The notes below the pieces were generated by a model. The model was not told where the DNA came from. It was given only the letters and a program-made list of their open reading frames with translations, and did not search any database. This document shows, piece after piece, positions 29,123-43,516 of a stretch of 64,000 bases of DNA (its first letter is position 1; every line of letters begins with the position of its first letter). The DNA is from Eledone cirrhosa (taxonomy: Eukaryota), in NCBI GenBank assembly GCA_964016885.1, contig OZ024740.1:388926001-388990000 (forward strand). Reading direction: 5' to 3'. Made by a program: the position numbers and the translations under genes.

Positions 29123-29255
29123 CTTGAGCTGTAGTGACGAATTCAAATGTATCAGGGTACTTCGCAACAAAATTCTTGATGAGGTCAACTTGTTCCAAGG
29201 ATTTAGTAACAGCATCTTTGAACTGACTCTTGCAGCTGACGTACGCAGCCCAAAA
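29123..29255 (-). CDS. DPEP1-like: Dipeptidase exon FWAAYVSCKSQFKDAVTKSLEQVDLIKNFVAKYPDTFEFVTTAQ
   Basis: Manual translation matches the DPEP FWSVY...KDAV...LEQ block. cacag| acceptor, G|gttag donor, 133 nt. Confidence 0.95.
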
Positions 29256-29752
29256 CTGTGATAAAAAATAACGTTAGAAAGTTAAAATCGGTATCAGGCA
29301 TTTAAAAAATAGTTTTGCTTGAGTTCCCTATTTTATATTTTATATTAAAAAAAAAACATTTTAAAAGAAAACGTCCACTTAACACTTAATAGACACCATC
29401 CGGTAGAGATGCTAGTCGGCTATGTGGTACTCATCAAGAAATGTTTTAAATAGTAATCAATCGTGTGCTCTTGGCTGTTTATTTTATATCATTTCGTTAA
29501 AAATATAGTTACTGGATTTCCAGTAAGCTAAACACTGGTTCAGCACATTTCTGATGGCAATAAACACAAATTATCTGACAAGCGTCTGAAAAGCACTAGT
29601 TGTTCGTTTTTTGTCACTGATGTTTGCTTTCTCCGGCAATATACACAATAGTCGAACGAGATACACACGTGTATATATATATAAATATGCATATATATGT
29701 AGATACACACGTGTATATATATATAAATATCCATATATATGTAGATACACAC

Positions 29753-29794
<42 letters not shown>

Positions 29795-29797
<3 letters not shown>

Positions 29798-30330
29798 TGT
29801 ATATATAATGTATTTTGCAATACACTTTATGCTTAATTAAAAGCATTTTGAAGACCGTATGCTATTGTATTAGAGTAGTGACAAACTCACTTACTTTAAT
29901 CTCAGCAAACAAGGGGAGATAAGCCGACAAGGCCTTGTTTCGCATTTATTGATGCTTATCAAGGCTAACTACTCCCTCCTGTCTACTGAGATCACTGATG
30001 TTATATTCTTATAGAATTCTAGTAAATAATCAGGAACTGATTATACAGAGCGGTTGCCGGTCAGGCAGAAATTAAAAATTAGAATTGGAGCTCTGAAATA
30101 GCAATATATATATGAATGTATATATAATGTATTTTGCAATACACTTTATGCTTAATTAAAAGCATTTTGAAGACCGTATGCTATTGTTTTAGAGTAGTGA
30201 CAAACTCACTTACTTTAATCTCAGCAAACAAGGGGAGATAAGCCGACAAGACCTTGTTTCACACTGTATTGCAAAATACATTATATTTACATTCATATAT
30301 ATATTGCTATTTCAGAGCTTCAATTCTAAT
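29795..30330 (-). mobile_element. Family A retrozyme-like repeat, about 1.5 units (319-bp period) plus inverted end (30265-30330)
   Basis: Reverse complement of 20156-20828. Complete HHR at about 29896-29996; the second HHR is truncated at GAAA (30260). Confidence 0.88.
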
Positions 30331-30374
30331 ATATATATATATATATATATATGCATATATATGTAGATACACAC

Positions 30375-30451
<77 letters not shown>

Positions 30452-30628
30452 TATATATGTAGATACACACGTGTATATATATATATATATGCATATATAT
30501 GTAGATACACACGTGTATATATATATATATATATATTGAGTATATGTTGGTTGTATACCAACACCTCAGTATGCAGGCTAGGGCACTCGACGAAGTGCGT
30601 AGGTTGGTTTGGTTACTTCGGAGTAATG

Positions 30629-31070
30629 TAAAATAAAGTTAAATAAAAAGTCAAATGTTTAAAATTTACCTTCGTTTATGGCTGCTATATATATTTCAGT
30701 GACACCCATCTTTGGCTGTGACCTCTTCAGGCAGTCCGAATTAGTGTGGTATAGACAAGTACATATGTTGTTGAGGTGTATAATATTGTCAATACTCTGA
30801 TATGCCCAGTTCCTGGTTGGGTTGTTATTTCACTGAGGAACTGGAATAATATCATATGATTCCAGTTCCTCAGTGAAATAAAAACCCAACCAGGAACTGG
30901 GCATATCAGAGTATTGACTATATTATACACCTCAACAACATATGTACTTTTCTATACCACACTAATTCGGACTGCCTGAAGAGGTCACAGCCAAAGATGG
31001 CTGTCACTGAAATATATATAGCAGCAATAAACGAAGCTAAATTTTAAACATTTGACTTTTGATTTAACTT

Positions 31071-31077
<7 letters not shown>
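30629..31077. mobile_element. ~450-bp palindrome with one HHR per arm (30682-30734 minus, 30972-31024 plus)
   Basis: ~220-bp near-perfect arms. ctgc-CTGAAGA-ggtcacagcc aaagat ggctgtcact-GAAA-tatata-TA-gcag. Confidence 0.85.
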
Positions 31078-31145
<68 letters not shown>

Positions 31146-31179
31146 CACACGTGTATATATATATATACATATATATATA

Positions 31180-31571
<392 letters not shown>

Positions 31572-31599
31572 TATAATATATATATATATAATATATAAG

Positions 31600-33790
31600 A
31601 ACAAAAGATGGTTAAAAGAGTTCCATGTATTTTATTATGCGCATTTCAAAAACAAATATCATCATGCAATAATATTTGTGTTTTCATCAGATAAAACATG
31701 AAGACATGATATGAAGGTTAAAAAACACTTGTGGATAGTTCAGTTTTAAATCAACATATGAGAAGTAGTTTTAGATTGATGTGTGATATTGGGAAAAATA
31801 TTTTATTTAGAGGGGGGGTTGGAAAGGATGAAAAAGAGGAGGAGATGAGAGTAAAAAGTGGAGAGGGAGGAGTATAATGAGGAAATATGAGATAGGAGGA
31901 GAGATGGGTGATAGAGAGAGAGAGATAGCTTTTATAACTGAGAAAGATATATTGTTTTACATAGAGAGGTTGAAAACCGTTGGAAGATAATGAATAAATT
32001 AAAAGAATTTGAAAATTAACGAAGAGAAAAATAATGTAAAGTTAAGGTTTGTATATTGAGGGGTTTGATAATATGTGCGATGAAAAAAGAAAATGTTAAT
32101 ATGTATTGAGAATAATGTTTAAGGGTTTAATAATATGTGCGATGTTAAGAAGATGTTGATATGTATTATTAAAAGGAACAGCAGGTTATTTAAGTAAGGA
32201 AATATTGTGAGATGAATGAGTTAGATAAAAGGGAGAAAAGAATAATGAATTGAGGATGAATAATCTAACGTCAAAAAATGTATATGTTTACGAAGGATTT
32301 TTACAAGGTGATATAGAATAAGAATGTATTGTATTATGTAATAATTGATTCTATGTTAGGCAAGAATGAGAAAAGGTACAGATTAGGGGTTAGACATTAA
32401 AAGAAGAAGAGAAGAATGAGTAACAAGTATTATAGAATGTATAATAACCTTTGAAATAAGGTAGAAAGATGGGTATATTTTTAAAAGAAGTGTATATATC
32501 TATATGTGCCTTTGAGAAAAAGATTCTAAATTGATAAAGAATTGAATATTAGCTGTATACTTTGTGAAATGTTTTATGGAATTTATGCAAGCAGATAGAA
32601 AACAAGTCAGTGCGTCTATTTATTATAGAATCTAAATTAGAAATAATGGTAAATTTTTCATTTAGGCAGAGATTGCAGATTTTGGATAGAGAACTGTTCA
32701 AGTATGGAGAAACCTTCTTCCAAAAGATGCTATATTTAATATTTTTGTCTTTCAAGGACCATATGAGTTCTGAGAGAGCCGTGTTGGTTCTTTTAAGTTT
32801 GTATTTAAAAGACGAATGATGGTTATAAAGACGAGCTTTAAAAGAGGTGGAAGTGGAGCCAAAATAGGTGAAGGAATTGGTGTCAGTTATAACTTTACAT
32901 TCGTAAATTAAGTTTTTATCAAGACAATGGTTGTTGAGAGGACATTTATTTTTAATAGGGTAATTGCAATTGCGATTAGAGAGATTATTAATGAGTGACC
33001 TAGTGTTATCTATAGAAGGAATTGGATTGGAGAAGTTATTTGCGATAGGAATAATAGTTTCTTGATTTAGAATGGGATTAAGAACATTTAGCGAAGTTGT
33101 GTTTGACGTTGTATTTGGGTTTGTAGAAATTAGCCTAGGGTTTACAATGACGTCGGGAGTACTATTATTATGATATTCAGTGTTGGAAGGAAGAGATTTA
33201 GTATTTAGTATTTTATTGTTGTGTTTAGAGATAATGTTGGAAATGTTGGAGGATGTAGAATAGGAAAATTTTATAGTGTGTTTGTTAAATATTTTACTAT
33301 AGATATGTGAGGGAGGGAAGCATTTATTTAAGGCACTAAAGAATAATTTAGGAATATTGTTATTAATAGAGATGGAGAAAGGAGCATTATACCAGATTAT
33401 GTTTTTGTATCTAGGTCTTTTATTAAAGTTATTGGAATGATCATGATTAATTATTCTACTGTAATTTCTTCTAGAATTTGTTTCTTTACTATATTTAATT
33501 TTATCAGGATAGCCGGCTTTAGAAAGCGCGTTATTATAGTAATTGGCGTTAGCATCAAAGATGTTTTTATTAGAAGATAGGTTAGATATTCTTTTTCCAA
33601 TATTACTAACTATAGCATTCTTGATATTAGTGGGATGGTTAGATTTAAAGTTAACATAATTTAGGTTCTCATTGTTTTTATGGTAAGGGTAATATAGGCC
33701 AGTGTCAAGATTAAGAGATACATCCAAGAAATTAGCTAGTTTGATGCTGTTATCAAATTCAATTTTTAGGTTATGTTGGTTAAAAGAGAT
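31600..33790 (-). mobile_element. 5'-truncated Penelope-like element (thumb plus GIY-YIG ORF 33790-32549, 3' region, HHR 31629-31697)
   Basis: [53 protein letters not shown] gttttat-CTGATGA..GAAA-tgcgca-TA-ataaaat. Confidence 0.92.
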
Positions 33791-33856
33791 TACGTATATG
33801 CATATATATATATATATATGCATATATATATATATGCATGTATATATATTTATATA

Positions 33857-34038
<182 letters not shown>

Positions 34039-34767
34039 TATATATGTGTGAGTGAGTGTGTGTTCATATATACATATATATGTGTGGTGGGTGTATGTAT
34101 ACATTATTGATGTTATCATTCTCGAGAAGTGAAGATTAGAAGCAAAAACCTCAATAGTATGAATATTATGAATTATATTAGTTTCCGTTTTTAATACTCC
34201 AAAGTTTACATATTTTTAGAGTCGAAAAAATAGACGCATTAAGACATCCGTTCATTTTTTTCTGGCAGGATTAATAGAAATCTATGTAAGGTGAAATGTT
34301 AACCGAACTCCGTTTACCTGGTACTTCTAGCTTTAAATCACTCGCCAGGAATTTAACAACCGATTTCCTATTCTGTTGGGATATTGCAATAAATTAATAT
34401 TAATATGATTCATGGTCGGCATGATGAATTCTCCGTCAATTTTGATATTTTGATATTATGTCATATGTGTGTCAGGGTAGAAATATAGTCGCCCGAAAAC
34501 ACCCCCAGTATATAAATGGTACGTTTGTCGACTCCAGATGAGCAAAAGTAAAATCTGTGTGTGAAATGTGGACTCAGAATGTATATGTACGGGATTAAAT
34601 AATCTAAGGCCTTTAGATCTGCACTCTACAAGTTTTATTACTCGCTATTGTGGGGATTTCAAATATAATAAACAGAAAATCAAAAATAATTAGCATAATT
34701 AGAAGACTTAGGTCATTGTCCATACTGTCATTTTTAGGTACGTTTCAGACTGTATTTTTCAATGTAT

Positions 34768-34952
34768 TGTGGATTGGCAGTATCGGCAGAGGGTCGGACG
34801 CCATGCTTTCCAGCATAGTTACGTCCCTTTACGATCTGAGTTCAAATCCCGCCGAGGTTGACTTTGCCTTTCATCCTTACGGGGTCGATAAAATAAAGTA
34901 CCAGTAATGCACTGCGTATTGCTGGCCTTGTGCCTAAAGTAGAAACAATTAT
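34768..34952 (+). mobile_element. SINE family 1
   Basis: Consensus match. Confidence 0.88.
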
Positions 34953-34966
34953 TTCTTTATTTAAGA

Positions 34967-35574
34967 CTAGCAGCAGTACCCAGCGTTGCCTCGGTAGGTA
35001 AAATAATATCTGCTTTGATGAAAAGATATTGATCTTAGCGACTGCTTCTCGATGACTCATCTATGGCCACACACAGGCCATGTGGGGGAGGGCGGTGATG
35101 ACCTCTATCACTGAGAAACGCGGGTGACTGACGAAGGGGCATGCTGGGGGAAGGAGTTTTGAATTTGAACGAAATCGGTTGAAAAATGAGGGAGCTAGAG
35201 CCGAAAAGTGGAATTTTTGAATATTTAAGCGGCTGCCACGCCGTCCCTGAACAACAAATGCAAAGTATAAAGCCATTACAGGATGTGCAATGATAAATTC
35301 TATTTTGTTTTAAAATTTGAACGAAATTGGTGGCAAAATATGGGAGCTAGAGCCAAAAATCTTATTTTTGTGAGCCCCCCCCCCCCCCCCCCCCCCCATC
35401 GATTTTTATCTGCAGAATGACCCAGGAATTTAAAAAAAGTGATACGCTGATATATAGAAAACACTCCCCGATGACTAATCTATGAGCCTGTAAAGTTTCA
35501 TCAAAATTGGTCGTAAGATGTAGGCCCTATAGGTAATACACAGACACACATACTTAATTTAATATATATACAGA
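34967..35574 (-). mobile_element. Non-autonomous Helitron-like element
   Basis: Minus strand A|TC...CTAG|T termini, GC-rich subterminal segment before CTAG, no TSD, typical aaagtttcatcaaaat and acagaca blocks. Confidence 0.72.
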
Positions 35575-38500
35575 TGTTATAGTATGATTTGAGGAAGATA
35601 TGACTACCATGCCTGACGATTTCTGAAGAGTTATGGCTGATAATTTTGTTCTATAAGAGAATGCAGCATTCTAAAATTATTGTTTACCAGTCATCGATTA
35701 CTATCTATTATACTTTGAGATTCTAATTCAACAAAAGTTTCCAGAAAATAAATTATAAATGAAGAGAAATGCCTATAGAATATTTTCATTTATAAGACTA
35801 AAGAATTACTGCAGGTAAAGTTCTCTGACCCCTCTCTGTTTAACGTAGCATTCTAATTAAATTTTCAAATTTCTTTACATTCATTATTCAGAGATAAATG
35901 TCTCCGTGATTGATTTTATTTGAATTCACAATTTGCCTTATCTAGTTTTTGCCAATAAAATATACCTGTATCATTGATTAAAACAATAACATTGGACTGT
36001 TTTGTATTACTTTAACTATTCTTTCTTTCAATTCATGTTGCTTTTCATTGATCAGCTGCTTTGGCAAGTCTGGCAACTATGTAGAGTTTCTGTAGACATG
36101 AAGATTTTGATGCAATTTTTAATTATCTTTTAAAAAGTTGTTAGCGTCATTGTTGTTATCGTTGTAGTAGTTATGCTCTAATTGTTGTTGTATAGCCTAT
36201 GATCGGCTTTGATCAACTAGACCAATGATGAAATCGTTCCGGCTGAACATCCCAACTTTTCAGAAATATTTGAAGTATCATCCAATGTGTCCTCCCTTTT
36301 TTTTAAAGAATGTTTTGAGGGGAACTTTGAAGTAAATTCTAACAGGTAAAGCAAAGACGTTGGGGCTCTTTCGTTAAACGTAAATTGTATAGGTACCTTA
36401 GATAATTATTATCGATTCAAACAGTTTTATTTACTGATTGATCTTACTCAATTAAAACGTCAATTCACTTTTAGATGACCCATCTCGTGTTAAACAATCG
36501 ATCTGTTGTTAGACAAACTTCTGCAGTTAGAAAATCAATTTTATGATTTCTCACGATCGTAAGAACCTATTAGTAAATGCTCAATCCTATAGATACATAA
36601 ATCAATAAATTTAACTTTTCTTCTTCGGGCCAACAAGAGAGCTTCTATGTGTTTGGTTTTTTTTGCCTGTTAGTCAAGGTTTTACTATACCCGCGAAGAA
36701 GATTGGTGGGTTAAAGTTTAAATCCCTTTTTCATCCTATTTTGTCAAACATATATGACGATTTTACGTTTTTGATCAGCTATCCAGAAAAACACTTTTTC
36801 ATTCCATAGTGCCACTGCTATTATCAGTGGCAACCCACTCTACAATGTGGTGCCTATCGTAGAACATGTCTTTAAAGCGAAAGTTGGACCTAATCGAGCA
36901 GATCTATAATGAAATAACGTCTCAACTATTATCATCTCGTCATTTTGTATTTAATGGACGATATTGTCCAATATTTGCTTCCCTTAAAAGCTTAGGACTT
37001 AGGAAGACATAGTTGCTATTCCAAGCAGACTGGGTGATGGCATGGAGTCTTCAATCGTTGGCTTCATTGTAGAAAATATTGTTGTCAAGAATACAGTTTG
37101 ATCATAGTTCTGCTTAATCAGAGCTGAACACCAGTAGGAAAACAGAACAGTGATGAAATTAAGTTAACAATATCCTAGGTTGATATGTTTATTATATAAG
37201 TTTCTTTTAGGTTTCAGACAATCATGCCATTTTGAAATCATTATTTTGGAGTTGAAAACAGTAAATGCATGAAATATTTGCGATGCAAAATACTTCTTTT
37301 CCATATATGTAAGGCATTCTGTAACCTTTATCTGTAACACATGTAATTGAGAGATAATTCAGAGAACGCGGTAAGCAATCAAGACCTGTAAACACGTGTT
37401 CTGGCAGAAATAGAGAAAATCTGGCTATTTTAGACGTTTATAGAATTAGATAAATATCAATAGATAGTGCAATACGAAAGTGAACATTGAATTGAAATGA
37501 CCATGGTACCCGCTGTTACCCGGTTTCAAGATATATAGAAAAAGGTTTTTTTATTTAAATAAAGTGACTCAAATTAAAGCAAGCTTGTATATAGTTTTAT
37601 AAACACAAATATTAACAAATGTATGTTTTTATATACACAACGTTATGCTCTTGATATTTAATCATGCATCTTGTTCTAATGTTGTACAGATCTCACATCT
37701 CCTGTAACCGTTTATGTAATGTCAGCATCTCTCCGCGATCCTCTATTTCATGACGAAATAAGCATATATTTATTAAATGTCAGACTTAACTTACGAGATA
37801 TGTTGAAGTACGTTTTTCAACGTATCTCAAGACAGTGGGTTTGAAATGGCCTTCTATAATACAAATAACTATGCTAATACCGAAGAACTCACTCAACTCA
37901 GACGCTTGCATAAAGGCCAAGAGTAAAACGCTTGGCATTTACCATCACTGTACTAAATATGTTTTAAAGTTTTGTTCACATGTAACAAGCAGTGTCTTCC
38001 ACGGCACACAACCAGGCTAAACTTTATTTGAGCCTTTCACTAATGTTGTTTTTCAGCTCGTTTTCTTATTCTTTAAATTTCTAATTTCATCTCTTTTTAT
38101 AATTCCCCTAAATTTTAAACCGGTTACCCTTTGCCCCTTCTTCCCTGGAATGCTTTTGTTCTTTCTAGAAACAGCAACCTCAACATAAGCTCTTTATTGT
38201 TCTTTCTGTAGCAGAACGTTTGGTCAATGCTGTTCCTCCATACCTTTTCTTATGCTTTTTTTTTAATTTTGTGATTTTTTTTTAATTTTGTATATTTCCC
38301 CTAAACCTTATACTTGCTACTCTTTCATATTTTTAACATTTTCCCTCTTTTAGAGTTCTTTAGTTACTGATAGAATTGTGCGACCTTAAGGTATCCATTT
38401 ACTCTTTTTCTCACATTGATCGTTCAAATAAACATCCAAGATTTTCACCTATGGGTTCTTTCGTTTCAGCTAACACTGTAGTTAGTACACGCAGCTCATA

Positions 38501-39549
38501 ACTTAACGTTAGTTAGACATTACATTATTATTTATTCTATTTAATATAATTTATTTCCTTTTAATGAATTAATTTTATTCTGCATGTCCTAACGACCGAG
38601 TTCTATTTTAGATGGCATGGAAAGAAACACACACAATATCTTCTCAAGCCACTTTTTCCGGTTTATCTTCCTTGAGTTATCTCCCCCTACCTCTGATACG
38701 TAGTCACGATTCTCACGCTAGGCTCACCACGTTCTGACAATGTTCTTATCGACAATAATTAATGATAACATAAATAATATTAGAAATGGCTGACACTTCA
38801 ATGTGGAGTGTAATCGTGTTTTCCTAATAGATATAAATCTAAATAATTCTGATTATTCTTACGTTTATATTCGCAGTAAATACAAAAAGGAGCGCTACGT
38901 TTGGCATATATTTCAGTTCAACGTGAAGAATTATGCTCCACATTCATTCCCCAAAACATATTGTAATATATCTACATTGAGAGAAAAAGGGAAAAGGTAA
39001 TACATTGATATTCTATATATTATTAAGATTACAAAGAATACATTCAATACAGAGTTTGAACATATATTCTAATACGAATATGTTTTGCACATATATGAAT
39101 TGTGAATATAAAAACACAAGCAGAAATATCTATATATGTATATGTTTAACTCTCTCTCTCCCTCTCTATCTATTTATTTATCTATTTCTTTCACCACCAC
39201 CACCCTCTCTCTTTCATTCTCTCTCCGTATATATGCATAATATATGTGTGAGTGTGTGTGTCCATTATATCGATGATGGTGTAGCATAGAGTGCACGATG
39301 GTGTAGCATGATGCTTAAAGCGAATAGGAAACCGAAATTCTAGATCCTTCAGTCAATAATATTGCTTCACAGCTATATATATATATGTGTGTGTGTATGT
39401 GTGTGTCAGTTGAAGGGCCAGTTTAATTTGAAGAAGAAGTAGAAGAATTTAACAGAGTTATGAATCTAAAATTATCAATATAGTCCCATTTTTTCGTGAG
39501 CTTTCTCAGCAGCGCCATCTCCCCATAACTCACAAGGCGGAATTCTGCC

Positions 39550-41850
39550 TTGTTGCTGCCAGTTGCAGTACGTCTACCAAGAGGGCACCGAACAAGTCTA
39601 GCATCTAAACGTAAAACTCGTGGAGAAGACCATCCAAACTAGGTGATTTGCCCCTCGTGCATCCATTCTTTGCCGTCCGTATCAGCGGTTGTTATCAGCT
39701 TTTCGCAACACTTCTCCTTCGTCGAAGTAGTCACTAAAGTCCATCTCGCGATCCAATCAACCCCCGCCTCCGAACAGTTGAGCGACAAGCGGTTGAAAAG
39801 CCGCACACACCAACTTGGGATCGAATAACATGCGCACGGCGTGGTCTGCCAAAGGCCGGAATGTAGCTTTGTTGACACGCAAAGCCTCCGCCACTCGGGC
39901 CCATTGAACGGCTTTAGTCTCCTCGTCTCTAAGAACACGGGCCCTACCCACATACATGTGTATGTATGGGGGTAATGTAATTTTTGGGGGTGTGATGCAA
40001 TCAGTTTCTGCAATTATAGTGTTGTTGCATTAGTTTCTGGTTGTTTGTATTTATTGAAGTGCAATGTGTGGAGTTTAGGTTTTTCCTTGGGCTTCCCTTT
40101 CTTGTTGGGAATGGCGATTTGGTTGCGTTTGGCTTGTTGGTGGCTATTGTGGTATTGATGTTGGTTGTGGGGGTGGGATTAGTAGTGTTGCTGTTGGTGG
40201 CGGTAGTGGTAATGCTGGTTGATTGGGTGATAGTGAGGAGTTTGGTGTTGTTCGTCCTATGTTTGAAATGCGGGGGGGGGGGGTCTTTTTGTGGGCGAAT
40301 TCTTTTTTTCTGCTTTTTTATTAACAGGTTCCCCTCCCCATGGCTACAAACTGTGTCCGAGTGTGCTCGGTCAGGGAGAAATAGGTCTTCCACATGCGGT
40401 GTTGTTGCATGTTTGGGGATTCTTTTGGGCATGGCAGAAGGTGGTGGAGCGTCTGCTACTGTTGATACTTCTGTCGTTGATGTCGGTGTTGAGCTTTTTG
40501 TTTGTTTGAGCCGCTGATTGTTGATTTTCTTTCAATTGGAATTTATCATTGGCAGGAGAGGGCGTCTCGTTTGCTTCGTCGTTTGTTGAGGGCAGAAAGC
40601 CTTCAGGTGTGTTTTTGTGTCACGCGTGCCTTCTACGGTTACGAGGAAGTGGATGCCGTTTACATAGTCAAATATGTCGGGGATGGCCTCAATATTTTCT
40701 TAACTTCTTTGGATGAGTAATTTCATCCCCAATCCTGACCAGTTCCCAGTTTGATTTTCTTTACGTCTCGAATTTGTGTGCTCTTCTTAACGTCCAGCAA
40801 GCCAGGGAATAGTTATTGTAGGCGGCATCTAGGTCACTTTTATTTTTACATTCCTTGGCCACAATACACCGGTAACAGAATCACCTCTTCGCTACTTAGT
40901 GGTGTGAGGGCGTGTCGCCTGGCTTCCTCTGGAGTTTTGAAAAATACGTCCACCTTCCCAAACCCCGTGTCTCGGGTGATATGAATTTTGCATTACCATA
41001 TGGATCTGTGACTCGATAAAGCGCTCCACCCAACATGACTTTATTCCAAATGTACGGTATGTTACCGTATATCGACACGCGTTTTCCAGCACTTCGGGTA
41101 AAGGTGTGAAGCTGACTCTGTGACTCCTTCTCTTTAGTATCTGTTTAACCTCCCTTATTTCATCTTCGTTGAGTTATTGTTTCCTATTTTCCGTTGCTCA
41201 TGTGAAAGAAATAGCTGATTTTGAGGTATCCTTCTGTGTTGTGAGAGGTCACACTATGTTTTGTCGCCCGGTCGGTATACGTGTTTGACAGGTCTGCGTT
41301 TATTTTGTTTCTATTGCTGCTGCTGCTGCTGTTGTTGTTACTCTTACTATTAATATTGCTGTTGTTGCTGCTTCTTTTGTCATTGCTCTCACAGTTGTTG
41401 CTGTACATATTCGTATTTGTGTCAGTGCTTTTTGTTGTTGTTGTTGTTGTTGTGGTGGTGGTGGTGGTGGAGTTGTTGGTTATGGTGGTGGTAGAGCTGG
41501 CATTAGTGATGTTGTTGTTTTTGATTTCGCTTGTCTTGTTTTTGTTGTTGTTTTGATGCTCTAGGGATGGTGGAAGTAGGGCAGTGTTGGATTTCCATCA
41601 TACGGGATATTCACTTTCATATATTTTTATTGTATGAACTTGTCGTCGCCGTGACTTTTATAGTTGCTTTTGTTGTTGTTGTTGTTGTTGTAGTTGGTGG
41701 TGGTGATAGTGGTAGTGCCTGTATTGGTGTTGTTGATAGTGGCAATGGTGGTGCTGGTGCTGGTGTGGTGATAGTGGTAGTGCTTGTATTGGTGTTGTTG
41801 ATAGTGGCAATGGTGGTGGTGCTGGTGGTGCTGGTGTGGTGATAATTGGT
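39550..41850 (-). mobile_element. Decayed GC-richer coding-like insert, probably ORF1 of a non-LTR retrotransposon, with Thr/Asn-rich low-complexity tracts
   Basis: Broken frames (IPDIFDYVNGIHFLVTVEG..HLKAFCP), no splice-consistent structure, compositional shift. Family not identified. Confidence 0.4.
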
Positions 41851-42131
41851 AGTGCCTGTATTGATGTTGCTGATTATGACAATAGTGGTGGTGGAGGTGG
41901 GGACGTTATTGTCGACTTTTATACTCGAATGTGAGTCGTTTTCACGTGATAGCTGGCTGGAAGTGGAGCGGCGTGTCGTTTCGATTTTTTTTATAAAAAG
42001 CCTGTAAGCGGGAAAATGAAGCAGTAGTGTTCAAATATTTAGGCCGAGGGCCCAAATATTACAGGATTGTCTTTTCTAAGTGCAATGTATGGCGTCCTAT
42101 TAACAATTTGTAACAAAAAATATTTTAACAA

Positions 42132-43352
42132 ATAATTGTTTCTACTTTAGGCACAAGGCCAGCAATTACTTAGTGCATTACTGGTACTTTATTTTATCGA
42201 CCCCGTAAGGATGAAAGGCAAAGTCAACCTCGGCGGGATTTGAACTCAGATCGTAAAGGGAGGTAACTATGCTGGAAAACATGGCGTCCGACCCTCTACC
42301 GATACTGCCAATCCACCGCCATATTCTAACAAATAATGAATTAAATAACTTAAAATAACAAACTTTCTGGGTCGATATGAGTACGTCGGTCACAAATGAG
42401 AAACAAAATTATAATTTTTCTACATTTGGCACAAGGCCAGTAAATATCCCAATGCATTACTCGTACTTTATTTTATCGACCTCATAAGGATGAAAGGCAA
42501 AGCTAACCTCGGCGGGATTTGAACTCAGACTGTAAAGGATCTTAACTCTATGCTGCAAAGCATGGCATCCGACCCTCTACCGATACTGCCAATTCACCGC
42601 CCAAAATAATAATTGTTTCTACTTTTGGCACAAGGCCAGTAATTATACAGTGCATTACTGGTACTTTATTTTATCGACCCCTTAAGGATGAAAGGCAAAG
42701 TTAACCTCGGCGGGATTTAAAACTCAGATTGGAAAGGGCCGTAACTCTATGCGTCAAAGCATGGCGTCCGACCCTCTACCGATACTGCCAATCCACTGCC
42801 CTCTCAAAATAATAATTGTTTCTACCTTTGACACTAGGCCAGCAATTACCCAGTACATTACTGGTACTTTATTTTATCGACCCCATAAGGATGAAAGGCA
42901 AAGTTAACCTCTCAAAATAATAATTGTTTCTACTTTTTTGGCACAAGGCCAGCAATTATCCCAGTGTTTTACTGGTACTTTATTTTATCGACCCCGTAAT
43001 GATGAAAGGCACAGTTAACCTCGGCGGGATTTGAACTCAGATCATAAAGGGCCGTAACTCTTTGCTGCCAATCCACCGCCCAAAATAATAATTGTTTCTA
43101 CTTTTGGCACAAGGCCAGCAAATCACCAGTACATTACTGGTACTTTATTTTATCGACCTCGTAAGGATGAAATATAATAATAGTCTAGACACAATGCCAG
43201 CAATTTGTGGGGAGGGTGCTTTGTTTTATCGACCCCATAAGGATGAAAGGCAAAGCTAACCTCGGCGCGATTTGAACTCACGATGTAAAGGGCCGTAACT
43301 CTATACCGCAAGCCTAGTGTCCGACGTCCTACCGATACAGCCAATCCACCAA
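42132..43352 (-). mobile_element. Head-to-tail cluster of about 7 SINE family 1 copies
   Basis: Copies at about 42132-42320, 42410-42602, 42608-42801, 42808-42910 (partial), 42917-43081, 43085-43170 (partial) and 43180-43352. Confidence 0.9.
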
Positions 43353-43380
43353 ACAACAACATTAAACGGGAAATATATAC

Positions 43381-43516
43381 CTGTGCAGCAACCATTCCTT
43401 TCTTCAGTCGAGGAATATCAGTGTGTGAAATATTCCAGACTTTATCCAAGCGGGACGTTAAATCTGTTTTTTCTACTCCATCATGCTGACGAATTCTGTA
43501 TGGTAAATCATTATGC
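43381..43516 (-). CDS. DPEP1-like: Membrane dipeptidase (M19) exon, first one found: (G)HNDLPYRIRQH...HTDIPRLKKGMVAAQ
   Basis: Carries the HND metal-binding motif and HTDIPRL. Acceptor tttttaag, donor CAG|gtatat. 136 nt, phases 2/0, in frame with the next exon. Confidence 0.93.

Noticed and set aside
35600-39400. Long non-repetitive-looking intron stretch
   Set aside because: No supportable exon, RNA motif or element boundaries found by eye.
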